A DNA stretch of 64,000 nucleotides, taken from Eledone cirrhosa. Its lineage: Eukaryota. Shown piece after piece: positions 27,218 to 40,400 of the stretch. Location: contig OZ024743.1 in the NCBI GenBank assembly GCA_964016885.1, positions 54,746,001 through 54,810,000 on the forward strand. The letters run 5' to 3'. The stretch's first letter is position 1. Each line of letters starts with the position of its first letter. Both the position numbers and the translations under genes were made by a program. The notes below the pieces were generated by a model that made no database searches, was not told the origin of the DNA, and saw nothing but the letters and a program-made list of their open reading frames with translations.

Positions 27218-28104
27218 GAGGTGTGTCAGAAAAGTTCCAGGACTGATGTCACAAAAGATTTATTTCAAACCCAAACTTCACACTAGCAGTTTTCTCCTTC
27301 AAAGTAATCCCCCTGGAGTCTAATGCACTTTTTCATCCTTTTCTGCCACGCTTGCATGCACTCCTGGAAGGATTCTTCCGGGATCCTCCGCAGTTCCGTC
27401 GTCACGGCCTTTTTGATGTCGTCCAAGTCTTCAAAACGGGTCTCCTCCGGGTCGTACTCGAAGATCCATGACTCATCACCGGTGATGACTGTCCCTAGCA
27501 AGTCTGGTTCGGTTTCAAGACGCTCGAGGATGTCCTGGCACACTTGCATGCGTCGAACCTTCTGGTCATCGTTCAGCAGTTTTGGCACCATCTTCGCGCA
27601 GACTTTCCGCATGTCCAAATCTTCAGTGAGAATCTTCCAGACGCTGTCCCGATTCATGCCCAGCTCATTTGCCATCAGTTGAACACTCAGCCGACGATCG
27701 CTACGCACCATCTGCCTGACGCGCTCAACGTTGACCTCAGTCCTGGTTTTTGAGGGGCCTTCTGCTCCTGGGTTCATCTTGCACCACTCAAAAACATGTG
27801 AGCGTGACATCGTCTCATCTCCATACACTTGCTGCAGCAATCCCAGTGCTTCTGACGGAATTTTACCCAACCGTACCAGACACTTCAAGTTTGTTCGTTT
27901 CTCTGTGCTCATTGCTTGACGACCTGAAACAGAGAACATGTATATAAAATTATGAAGAAAAAGGTTTGATCGCTGCAGAGAGCTAAGATTATAGTTACTT
28001 ACTCCAGGGGGATTACTTTGAAGGAGAAAACTCTTAGGTGTGAAGTTTGGGTTTGAAATAAATCTTTTGTGACATGAGTCCTGTAACTTTTCTGACACAC
28101 CTCG
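27217..28104 (-). mobile_element. Internally deleted mariner transposon with TA TSD and ~105-bp TIRs
   Basis: TA|CGAGGTGTGTCAGAAAAGTT.. mirrored at 28001-28104|TA. Confidence 0.97.
27283..27912 (-). pseudogene. Mariner transposase lacking most of the DD(34)D catalytic domain
   Basis: N-terminal HTH, RKVCAKMVPKLL linker, ITGDESWIFEYDPE joined in-frame to ETRFEDLDDIK..GDYFEG; YSPDLAP region absent. Confidence 0.92.
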
Positions 28105-28727
28105 TATATGGGAGTGCGTATGTATGGGTGTATATATATATATATTATTTGTTTGTTAAAAGAATCAAATTAAATTAATTCAACATTTAAACACACATAG
28201 GAATAATAAAGTCGTTACCAAAGAGCCAGAAGATTGACAAGTCGACCATAAATATGACTAATAGCGCTAGGAAAGCCTTGAACGACACCCCATCTTTTTA
28301 ACCTTGATTTTGAAAGTAGGTTTATAATTATCAATTTTCATTTTACTCTTGTAGCTGTCTCGACGGTCTAGTAGGAGGAATCATAGACGGTGGTGATCCT
28401 GGTCTGAAGTTTGATCCTGGTCGGGAGCAAGGTTCCCGGTAAACCTTTTCAGTTTTTTTTTATATGGGATGTAAAATATAAACTGAAAAAGATTACATGT
28501 ACCTCTCTACCAAGATTGAACCCAAGACCAGAATCTTCACAGTCTCTAGTACCTACCGCTAGTCCACTGAGAAAGCTACGAAAATCGTTTGAAAATTCAT
28601 ACTTATAAAGCTCCTTTCACCATTTTCAAAACAAAATGATGTGGTGTCGATCATAACTTTCTTAATGATATTGCTCCTACTTAAGGTCGACTTCTAAATC
28701 ATTTGGGTGTTCTATAAACTACATCTT

Positions 28728-28925
28728 CGCGTTTCGCGATCGATCAGCTCAAGGTACGGTCGGTGATCGGGTCCTACCATGGAATCGACAGCTCATCAGA
28801 CTTTTGGATTCCTCAATGACAGAATTAAGGAATCTACAAATCTGATGAGCTATCGATTTCAGTCGGACCCGATTGAGACCGAGGGTACCATGAGGTGATC
28901 GATCGCGAAACGCGCGTCACACGTG
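28728..28925. ncRNA. Divergent inverted pair of HHR motifs with long stem II
   Basis: Plus strand: CTGATGA GC..~54 nt..GC GAAA C-GCGC-G TC (28842-28918); minus copy at 28728-28805 is truncated in stem III; stem I weak. Confidence 0.7.
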
Positions 28926-29062
28926 AATAAATCTAATGATGCTCTATTGAGATTTCATCGTGACTCCAGATTATATATATATATATATATATAGTAAAAT
29001 ATTGAAGAATAATGTGATCGGCACAATTGTTTCCTTACCTTAAACGATATCTTATCTTATAT

Positions 29063-29106
<44 letters not shown>

Positions 29107-29650
29107 ACATATATATATCGAGTGAATGAAGGGAGGGACATAAATTTGAAAGTATAAAGAAGAAGATAATGGTGATGAAGTGTGTTGATGAAGTGTGATT
29201 ATAATAGTAATATTTGTAGTAGGTCAAACATACGGAGACAGATTTCTAGGTTGCACATATTATTTTTTCAGTTGATTGAAATAATATATTTTAGTAAATC
29301 TATATAAATAAACCGAATTAGACAGACCAAATAATCATTCACATAAATGAATGAATGAACGACTTTTAATCTCCTTATATGAGATACTTAATACAAACAA
29401 TAGGAAATACTAATGACAGAGATTAGATAAACAGTAGTAATGAATACCATACTATATATATATATATATCTTATCATGTGGGCTGATCAATCTTATACGA
29501 GCTCATTTACGTATAATGACTAGGATTTTACCACCTCGAAAGGATGGAATGCAAAGTTAACTTCTCCGTGTTTTGAACTCAGAGCTCAGAGAGCCGTAAC
29601 AAATGCCGTAAAACATTCTATTCGACATATCAACGGCTCTAGTACTCTGC

Positions 29651-29720
<70 letters not shown>

Positions 29721-29756
29721 TACAGAATAATCAAAACTATGTTCAAAACATTTTAT

Positions 29757-29803
29757 TGCTGACAATCGTTTCTTCCAAACTTTCGTTTGGAATCATCGGA
29801 GCA
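29757..29803 (-). ncRNA. Type I HHR motif with GNRA-capped stem II
   Basis: TGCT CCGATGA TTCCAAAC-GAAA-GTTTGGAA GAAA C-GATT-G TC AGCA ATAAA; U4C change. Confidence 0.8.
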
Positions 29804-30202
29804 CTAGCAAAGTTTAGACATATAATTAACCTCCTATTCCACAGAACAATCGTAAAGATACGTAGATGTTAGTGTTGTCATTAACCAATGTAAGCAATGT
29901 AATGGAAAGGAAAACCTTAATATTAATACACACAACACATGCACATTTGTACATTACCGGAACAATTATCACATTGCATCCACCATAAACTTCATAGAAA
30001 TTGCTTTTCATACCCACGCATCTCTCTCTGCTTAATATGCTTTTATACCTGTATTGTATTATGTGATACCTTTGCCATACTGTGATATATATGCTTAGTA
30101 CCATTGCTTGTTTCTTACCTGGTTATTCTGTACATGCCTAATACCTCTGCACTCTTTCTATACGTTTGCATATGTACCGCTAATGTCCTATATAAGTATA
30201 AA

Positions 30203-30287
<85 letters not shown>

Positions 30288-30289
30288 CT

Positions 30290-30372
30290 TTTAGCACTTT
30301 ACTTTGCCCCTCCTAACCATCGATTTCCTGGTGATTTCTCCCGAATGACAAAGTTCTGGTCCCGTAGAAGCC

Positions 30373-30378
<6 letters not shown>
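30290..30378 (+). mobile_element. Family B HHR-bearing island in (TA)n
   Basis: Copies at 10141-10200(+), 19311-19365(+), 31177-31265(-), 32308-32396(-), 32461-32600(+); remnant at ~17780. Confidence 0.8.
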
Positions 30379-30437
<59 letters not shown>

Positions 30438-31095
30438 TTTATACTTATATATACACTATATATAATTATAAACAGGAAAGGTCAGTAATTCATTACCATT
30501 GTACTATATTGTGTTGGTTAAGTTGTATATTATCGCATTACTGTATTTCATTATCTTATTATAATTTTCATCTTTTAATATACTATCTTTCCTAGCCATA
30601 ACCTTAATTTATATTCACCTTAAATACAACACTAATCACCATTTATTTTGACATTCCTTTTAAACTTCCCTATACCAGATACATTCAACTATCAGCTTGA
30701 CAATCCCATTCCTCCTAATAGATTGTTATGCCAATTCTACTATTAACACCCTTCAACCATTCCTTTCAAAGGGTCATGATCACAACTAAAGTGTATTACT
30801 TTTCATCTTAACACCATATGAAAAAAAACAACAATTTGATTCGTTAGTTCTTCAACTACCTCCAAATAAGGACATAATACTAACATACTACTAATTCTGA
30901 ATAAAATTATTATTGTTTTTGAAAACAGCTATTGATATGCATGTCAGTAAATATTCTCTTTATTTGATAGTTTGTAACTAACCTTACATAGATCAATAAC
31001 TGAGTATTGCTACAATGTATTATCATCATCTAGAAACGATCGTAAAGCAGTGAAGTATATCTCTAATGACTTGATTTTTTATTTCATTGTTTTAA

Positions 31096-31180
<85 letters not shown>

Positions 31181-31273
31181 GGCTTCTACAGGACCAGAAG
31201 TTTGTCATTCGGGAGAAATCTCCAGGAAATCGATGGTTAAGAGAGGCAAAGTAAAGTGCCAAAATATATATAC

Positions 31274-31309
<36 letters not shown>

Positions 31310-31310
<1 letters not shown>

Positions 31311-31494
31311 ACGAAGGAAATGTGGTAAGGAACCAGGTGGACCATAACGCACCAAAGTACTCAATACTTGAGGTAGTAGAGTGGGTAATAGGAACCAGTA
31401 AGACCCCGACAGCTGAGCTCAAGCCGTTTCGACGGCTAATTCTGGAATTAGCCGTCGAAACGGCTTGAGCTCAGCTGTCGGGGTCTTACTGGTT

Positions 31495-31560
<66 letters not shown>

Positions 31561-31620
31561 TAGTTATATATATATATAGATGGTTAAGAGAGGCAAAGTA
31601 AAGTGCCAAAATATATATAC

Positions 31621-31659
<39 letters not shown>

Positions 31660-31843
31660 ACGAAGGAAATGTGGTAAGGAACCAGGTGGACCATAACGCA
31701 CCAAAGTACTCAATACTTGAGGTAGTAGAGTGGGTAATAGGAACCAGTAAGACCCCGACAGCTGAGCTCAAGCCGTTTCGACGGCTAATTCTGGAATTAG
31801 CCGTCGAAACGGCTTGAGCTCAGCTGTCGGGGTCTTACTGGTT

Positions 31844-31847
<4 letters not shown>
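31310..31847 (-). mobile_element. Family C fold-back elements, copies 3 and 4 (local ~349-bp tandem duplication)
   Basis: 31310-31498 and 31659-31847 are identical, each preceded by the same family-B fragment. Confidence 0.9.
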
Positions 31848-31923
<76 letters not shown>

Positions 31924-31970
31924 TAGTGACGAAACATAAGTCAATTGCATGAACTCATAATCCTTTATTT

Positions 31971-32026
31971 ACTGCTATATATATTTCGATGATAGCCATT
32001 GAATGGCCATGACCTCATCAGGCAGT
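31971..32026 (-). ncRNA. Type I hammerhead ribozyme with canonical core
   Basis: ACTGC CTGATGA GGTCATGGCCAT-TCA-ATGGCTATCATC GAAA T-ATAT-A TA GCAGT AAATAAA; an inverted 3'-half copy lies at 32067-32143. Confidence 0.88.
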
Positions 32027-32228
32027 TAGTCAGTTCTTAGATATGCCAGCTCTGTGTTATAGTGTTAATGGCTATCATCGAAATATATATAGCAGTAAAT
32101 AAAGGATTATGAGTCATGCAATTGACTTATATTTCGTCACTATTATAACTCCGGAACATATATCTTCGTTGAGTGCTCCCTATCCGCATACACTGAAGTA
32201 CTGGGTTTTACCAACACTTACTTTCTTG

Positions 32229-32311
<83 letters not shown>

Positions 32312-32463
32312 GGCTTCTACAGGACCATAACTTTGTCATTCGGGAGAAATCACCAGGAAATCGATATTTAAGAAGGGCAAAGTAAAGTGCTAAAATATAT
32401 GTTTATCCAGGGTTCAATCGTGAGTAACCACAGTAAATAAGGTACTCAATACATAGCAGGGCG

Positions 32464-32508
32464 TTCCTGATTATTTCTCCCAAATGAAACAGTTCTAGTC
32501 CTGTAGAA
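32464..32508 (+). ncRNA. Family B HHR motif (U10.1/U11.1 variant)
   Basis: Consensus of copies TTC CTGATGA T TTC-TCCC-GAA T GAAA CAG-TTCTAGTC-CTG TA GAA; each individual copy has 1-3 core changes. Confidence 0.7.
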
Positions 32509-32601
32509 GCCATTTATATATTAAATATTCAAACTCTGCTACGTATTGAGTACCTTAATTACTGTGGCTACTCCTGATTGAACCCGGTATAAGCATATAT
32601 A

Positions 32602-32633
<32 letters not shown>

Positions 32634-33075
32634 AACCCCAAACCCCCCAAAAACCTGTCACTCGACGGCACCCAATGATGTTAAGATGTTCTTTTTGGTT
32701 ACCTGTCACTGTTGTTCTAGGTGTTTGGATTATTCCAGCGCAAGTCCTTTCTTCACTTAAAAAGCTTCAAGCACTGGCATCATTTAATCTTAACGACTTT
32801 CACGTATGTAGCGTGAGCATGGCCTCTTCTATTTTCTCTTACTGCAGAAAGGAATCTAAGTCGTTGTTCGTGCCACCAATGTATGAGAAAAAAGGTCAAG
32901 GGATGGCAATTCTCGAAATCGCGATGCAGGCAATATGTATGTGCCTCCCAAACTTAGAAAATTACTGTCAAGACAGACAATCATCACTATAAATAATAGA
33001 AATAATCTCGTAAAATACCCTTAGAGATAGGAACATTTAGACAGACACGCCTGCGAGGAAACGAACAACGCACTC

Positions 33076-33140
<65 letters not shown>

Positions 33141-33751
33141 AATACTGCATTTTTATATATTTTGTATATTTTATATATTTTGTTACATTGAATCTCCCTG
33201 AGAATTACGTTAAATGTCTGTGAAATTCTCAGCCGCAATTGAAAAACTCATCCTGGTAACCGACGGAGATCCATAACTCCATAACTCTCAATTTTTGAAA
33301 TGATCTCTCCTAGAATCTCACTGAAGCTCCGTCTATAATTGACAGGCATTAGCGATTGTTTCACACGTTTATAGATGATATTTGATGGATTTAGTTTTTG
33401 TTTTCACCTGACGTACTAGCTAGCCATTTTTTGTTGGATTTTACTTTTTTTTTGTCAAAACTAGGGTAAGGGGTTTGCGCCCATAACCCTTGCAGGCGCC
33501 TCAGAGACCGATGATATTGATGCTCTTTATTGAGCAAACATGTGATGAAAGAAATGTTTGCTATGTATGGATGGGAGACGGGAGGAGGATTAGGGATTTT
33601 TCTAGAAACTGAGAACGTTCCAAGCGCTCTTCCTTGTTAAAGGCGATAGTGTGTGATTTCATGTGGCCTTCGCTGCATATTCTAGCATGATGTGAGAACA
33701 CTTTGAGGCTTACTCGGTGCCTCATCTTTAATTATACGTTTGATTTAGTTT

Positions 33752-33844
33752 GAGAAGAAGAAGAAGAAGAAGAAGAAGAAGAAGAAGAAGAAGAAGAAGA
33801 AGAAGAAGAAGAAGAAGAAGAAGAAGAAGAAGAAGAAGAAGAAG

Positions 33845-33885
<41 letters not shown>

Positions 33886-33887
33886 CT
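33752..33887. repeat. (GAA)n(CAA)n microsatellite
   Basis: Direct reading. Confidence 0.97.
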
Positions 33888-34421
33888 AAGTAGAACATGA
33901 ACCAGCAGCAGCAGCAGCCAAAATGTCGAGACATGGTTAGATTATGAGATAGACATCTAATATTTTTTCCACTGTTGTTTTTATCGGGATGCTGTCAAAC
34001 ACTGAAAACGTTCATCCAATTTGCCATCCCCGGAGGAAACTGTATTGTCAGTTAGGGTTAGCAGAAGTCAAACATCAGTTATCTCCCCACTACACACACA
34101 CAGGCTCTCTCAGACACACACACTCTCTCATACAAATACTTAGACAACACATACAATTGTAACTATCTACAGAGATACACACATACATACTCTCACATGT
34201 GCTTAGAAATATACACAGACACAAACAATCACATACACACAGACACACACACAGAGACACATACACAGACACAGACACACACAGAGACATACAGAGACAC
34301 ATACATACACACACAGACACACAGACACACAGACACAGACACACACACACATATAGACACAGACAGACACACACAGACACACACACACAGATACACAGAC
34401 ACACACAGACATACACACACA

Positions 34422-34506
<85 letters not shown>

Positions 34507-34800
34507 TTCCATGTGCACACATACGCACATGCCTACAGATACACACACATATAATACAGACACAGAAATACACATGTGTACAGACTCTCAGAAGTGCCAA
34601 GAGACATACACACAGACACACAGACACACAGACACACGTACTCACTCGCACAGAAACAAACACTTACTACCATGCACAGAAACACATACACGTACAACTA
34701 TCTTCACATACACACACGCCTAAGTACCTATATACACAAACACATTCACACAATCGTCTGCGGATAGACACGCACTAAGCTGAGCACATACATACATACA

Positions 34801-35358
34801 TGGTGGCTGCCAACTCGTTTTCGAGTAAGGCCACTACTTTATATCCATGTAGGGGAACTCCTACCGATGCGCTGAACGAGTGTGACTTTTTAGTCCAGCC
34901 AGCGACTTGAAAACTCTGGTACAAACACTACACTTGTGACAATTATTGACACATAGTGCTGGGCCCATGGTACCATGTCACGACAAGTGCAGAGAGATCT
35001 CCAGATATAAAGCAATGCCTGTGCTGTGAAGTTTTTATAGTGAGCAAAGGCACTGCACAGAGCCAGTCCCACTCTCTTAACCAAGATGATATTTACCAAA
35101 AAGAAGAACAAGTCAACATCATTGGATACCATCAGGGTTGCAGGTGTTATATCAGAGTTTTCCTTCTCCTAGAATTCTGCCCTGACAAAGGCTAAGGGAT
35201 CATCTCTCCCGGTGATTTTGGATGGCCATTGACTCTTAAGAGCTCCTTTGCCCTTTGACAGGTTTTGTTTTTAGTCCTGCAGGATGTCCAAAGTCACCCT
35301 CCTCACCAAGAAACCTTGGTGGGGTTGCCAGTTTAGTCGCCAACGACCCGACCATGGG
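34801..35358 (-). mobile_element. Probable RTE-type LINE 5'-region fragment inserted in (ACAT)n
   Basis: Higher-GC island bounded by ACAT repeats; minus-strand CTAGGAGAAGGAAAACTCTGA resembles RTE 5'UTR motifs as I recall them. Confidence 0.4.
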
Positions 35359-35877
35359 ACATACATACATACATACATACATGCAGGCACACAGGAACTC
35401 ACACATTCTTATACTCACACAGACACACAGAAGAGCACACACGCACACACACATATATATACTCACAAGGACACACAGAAGGGCACACACACACACATTC
35501 CTGCTCACACGGACACACAGACATGTACACACACACACATACTCACACGGACACACAGAAACGCACACACACATACTCTCACGGACACAGAAATACACAT
35601 ACAAAGATACACATTCATAACTATACGCAGAAGTACCTACATACATAGTCATAGACACATAAACACACACACATACTCACATAGATACACAGAAATGTGC
35701 ATACACAGACATTCTCTTAGCACATTTTCACATACACACACACAGAAGTATCATTTGACATACACACAGACACACGCATATATTAACAGACACACTAAAA
35801 GGAACACATGCACATACAAAGAAACGCAAGCATACATGGACACACACACACATTCAGACAAGCATGTCCATACAGAG

Positions 35878-35936
<59 letters not shown>

Positions 35937-36259
35937 AATGAGTGCGAGAGGGAGAATGAGTGAGAAAGAATGAGAGAAAAAGAGAGAGAGAGTGTGGAAG
36001 AGAGAGAGAGAGAGCGAGAGAGATTGAAAGAGAGGCATATTTCTTAGTTCATTAGAGGGTCGGACGCCATGCTTTCCAGCATAGTTACGTCCCTTTACGG
36101 TCTGAGTTCAAATCCGGCCGAGGTTAACTTTGCCTTTCATCCTTACGGGATCGATAAAATAAAGTACCAGTAATATACTGGGGTAATTGCTGGCCTTGTG
36201 CCAAAAAGTAGAAACAATTATTGTTATAATTCAATGTTTATTCTCATCTATTTTACTGT

Positions 36260-37405
36260 CATGTTGTTATTGTTGTTGTTGTTATTGACATCACTGTTGT
36301 TGTTGTTGTTATTGATATCACTGTTGTTGTTGTAGCTGATGTTCTTGCTGAAGTTGTTATTATTCCTAAAGTTATTGTTGCTGATGTCGTTGTTATTGTT
36401 ATTAAAGGTGTTGTTGTTGTTGTTGATGTTGTTGCTGATGCTGTTGTTACTGTTGCTGTTGTTGTTATTGTTGCTGATGTCGTTGTTATTGTTATTATAG
36501 GTGTTGTTGTTGTTGTCGTTATTGTTGCTGATGCTGTTGTTACTGTTGCTGTTGTTGTTATTGTTGCTGATGTCGTTGTTATTGTTATTATAGGTGTTGT
36601 TGTTGTTGTTGATGTTGGTGTTACTGTTGCTGTTGTTACTGTTGCTGTTGTTGTTATTGTTGTTGTTGTTATTGTTGTTGTTGTCGTTGTTATTGTTATT
36701 ATAGGTGTTGTTGTTGTTGTTATTGTTATTGTTGCTGATGCTGTTGTTACTGTTGCTGTTGTTGTTATTGTTGTTGTTGTCGTTGTTATTGTTATTATAG
36801 GTGTTGTTGTTGTTGTTATTGTTATTATTGCTGATGCTGTTGTTACTGTTGCTGTTGTTGTTATTGTTGTTGTTGTCGTTGTTACTGTTATTATAGGTGT
36901 TGTTGTTGTTGTTGCTGTTGTTGTTACTGTTGCTGTTGTTGTTGTTACTGATGTTGTTGTTGTTGCTGATGTTGTTGTTACTGTTGCTGATGTTGTTGTT
37001 ACTGATGTTGTTGTTGTTGCTGATGTTGTTGTTACTGTTGCTGATGTTGTTACTGATGTTGTTGTTGTTGCTGATGTTGTTGTTACTGTTGCTGATGTTG
37101 TTACTGATGTTGTTGTTGTTGCTGATGTTGTTATTGGTGTTGCTGATGTTGTTACTGATGTTGTTGTTGTTGCTGATGTTGTTGTTAATGTTGCTGATGT
37201 TGTTGTTACTGTTGTTGTTGTTGTTATTGGTGTTGCTGATGTTGTTGCTGATGTTGTTGTTACTGTTGCTGATGTTGTTACTGATGTTGTTGTTGTTGCT
37301 GATGTTGTTATTGGTGTTGCTGATGTTGTTGCTGATGTTGTTGTTAATGTTGTTGTTGTTGTTATTGTTGTTGCTGATGTTGTTGGTGTTGTTATTGTTG
37401 TTACT
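36260..37405. repeat. Complex (GTT)-based microsatellite with higher-order units
   Basis: Recurring GCTGATGTTGTT and GTTATTATAGGTGTT units; explains the poly-N/T/L ORFs. Confidence 0.95.
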
Positions 37406-40400
37406 GTATGACAAATAGATAAATGCATTGCACATTACTGTTTTTATTTCATAATCATTACTTTGTATCCTATTGGCTCTTTATAGTCATCTGCACATAT
37501 ACACACATACACACATACATACACATACCCCCACCCCCCACCCACACACACATACACACACATACATACACACACTCACACACACACATATGCACATACA
37601 CACTCAAACACACACACATACACACACATACACACATACACTCACACACACACACACATACACACACACACACACACATACACACACATACACATACACA
37701 CACAAAATTCCAAATTTTCCCAATGGTACTTGCGTCAACCGCTTTGTTTATACTTCTAGCTACAGGTTTAAAATCTTCTAAATTAACGGAATTGGTGGTC
37801 ATATTATATATATAATATATATATATTGGTTTCCTTATCTATTTACTCATCTTTTGACACTCTGAATTCGGTGGGATCAGTAATATAACTTTTTCATTAT
37901 TAAGTTGGATTGAAGGCAGTGGATTGGTTGAATCGTTAGCCACACAAATTGCCTTGAATTTGTTACGGCTTTTTACGCTCTGCGAAGGTAAACTTTGCCA
38001 TTACTCCTTCCGGAGTTGGTAAAATAATATACCAATCAAGCAAAGGGGTTAATATAATCGACCTGTCGTCATGTCTGAATTGCGGCTCTTGTGCCTAAAT
38101 CTGGAATCATTAAGTTGCTGTTTAGAACATAACTTAAAGGTTCTTACACAAATCATTATGTAAATCTAAACATGTTAAAGGAAACAGTTTTGTACCGTAG
38201 AGCTAGAGGCGGTTTGGTGTCAAAAGGATTAAAGAACTTTCATTTCCATAATGCTGCGTTAAATTCTAATAGAGATCCCCTTATTTATCTCATTTTATTT
38301 TTGAATTGTTTATGAAATAAGGACAGATAATCATTTTTATTCACTCTTTCTCCTCGGTATATCAATAAGTGACATAACTCCTCGTTTTATAGAAATAGGA
38401 GTAAATATGCTTAATTTTTCAGGATTAATCAGAAAGAATGGCCTGTGTCTATAACCTTGGAAAGCTCTACGAAACTGAAAAGGTTGTATACAAATGATGT
38501 TCAATTTAAATGTTTCTAAATAGACATTCACAGGAAAAATGTAGACGGGAAATAAATTTCACGTGGCTGATGTTTCATAAAAGAAGGATTGAGCAGTGTG
38601 AATCCTGCAAAGTAAGACACAAATAGCTTATTCCGAGAATTAGAGACTGCCGTAGAGGAGATCTAATATATAAAGTTTGGCTAGCGTAAGCCACGGCTTG
38701 TAAGGAGTTTATCAGTGAGTTTTTAATAATGTAGTTGGGTGGATTCCTTTATGATTTCACCAACGATGTTTTTATTGTAGTAGTAGCAACGCCGTGTCAG
38801 ATAGGGCAGCATTTTTTCAAAGTGGGTGTTAGGGCGGTGGATGGGCAGTATCGGTAGAGCGTTGGACACTCTGCTACGTAGCATAGAGTTACGGACATTT
38901 CCGTTCTGAGTTCACATCCCACTGAGGTTAGCTTTGCCTTTCATCCTTACGAAGTCGATAAAATAAAGAACCAGTAATGAACTGGAGGTCGATTTAATCG
39001 ACTTTCCTCTTCCTCAAATATTGTTGCCTAGATCGAAATCATTATTTCAAAGTGGAAGGAAGACACGTAGCTTATTAGTTAATGTATTCAATTCCCAATC
39101 GCGAACCCATGCGTTCGAATCCCAGTAGTATGTTGTGACTGATCCAACAATTTATTTCACGTTGTACCTGTAATTCAAAGGGCTATCCTTGTCATACACC
39201 GTGTCACGTTGAATCTCCACGAGTATTACGTTCAGGGTATACATATTTCTGGAATACCTAGCTACGATTGACGAGCAAACGAAACTTACTATATGATATT
39301 CTATATGATGTATGAAGGCGCGTGGCGTAGTGGTTATGATGCTGGGCTCACAGTGAGGGCGGTGCGTTGAGAAATTCTCGTTACTGGCAAAAATGAGTTG
39401 TACCTGTAATTCAATTGTCTCAGATTGCATCCCGCTGAATCTAACTGAGAACTACATTAAAAATGTTCAACCAGTTACACTTAATTCACGAGTATACAGT
39501 TTTGTTGCTTGAACAAATTGGGGCACGCATTGTCGAAAACGACGAAGGTCCAATAACAAAACTATATAATGTACTATATATCTACCATATGATATAATGC
39601 AATACCTGCATTATATAAAGTACTAAATATCATTTATGATATATTAACATTTATGATATAATAATATATATGATAAAAGGGTTGAGGTCAAAGATATACC
39701 AATACATCATAAATAAACTTTCCATGTAATTTAGTATTTGTCATCCTCACAGATAGTTGTGTTGGATTAAAAGTTCTGATCCAGTGACTCAACAAACCGT
39801 TTATAAATTATATGAGCTCACGACCCATAAAATGCTAGTTCAACACCTTATCAAATGAGCCAGTTCATCTTCACAAATATCATTAAAGTTAGCTAGCCAT
39901 TACACTCGAGTGATGATATATCCTAAATTTGAAGGCGCATGAATTGATGGTAAGAGTGTCTGTCTCATAAATATAAGGGTGTGAGTTCGATTTCCGGCGA
40001 CACATTGTGTTTTAGAGCAAGACACGTTATTTCACATGGTTTTAGTTCATTTAGCTGGCAAAATCAGTTGTTTCTATAGTTCACATATTCCATCACCCCC
40101 GAATCTCCCTGAGAACTATGTTAAAGGTACAACTGTCTGTTAATTTTACAAGCAGATTGTTTTGGTGTTCGAACAACTGGTTGACTTGTCGTCGAAACCG
40201 ACGGAACTCCATCACATATCCTAAAAGAACTGTTCTCTGTTATTTCGCAATTTTACAACAAAGCAGTCGTTCTTTACATGCCCATCTCTCAATGATGAAT
40301 TCATGAGAAAACTTTAATCAGGGGTGAGCGATGAGAAGTGATAATACATTATGATCTATTGCCAACACGTCAAAGTGTAAATGCCTTGAAAATGGCAATT

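Larger units (their letters stand above)
26881..28715 (+). mobile_element. Older host repeat (possible non-autonomous DNA transposon) carrying nested insertions
   Basis: 26888-27085 and 28290-28715 are colinear with 62707-62912 and 63180-63585. Confidence 0.7.

Noticed and set aside
31029-31050. Isolated half-sites GAAA C-GATC-G TA (also 29020, 46135-46165, 61705, 5540)
   Set aside because: Probably decayed relatives, but the 5' core or stems cannot be identified, so not called
36248-37435. 395-aa Asn-rich and 389-aa Thr-rich ORFs (mucin- or prion-like)
   Set aside because: Several frames are open because of the GTT microsatellite; no unique coding flanks
38337-38780. Possible Jockey/CR1 LINE 3' remnant
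   Set aside because: Only weak motif resemblance with many stops
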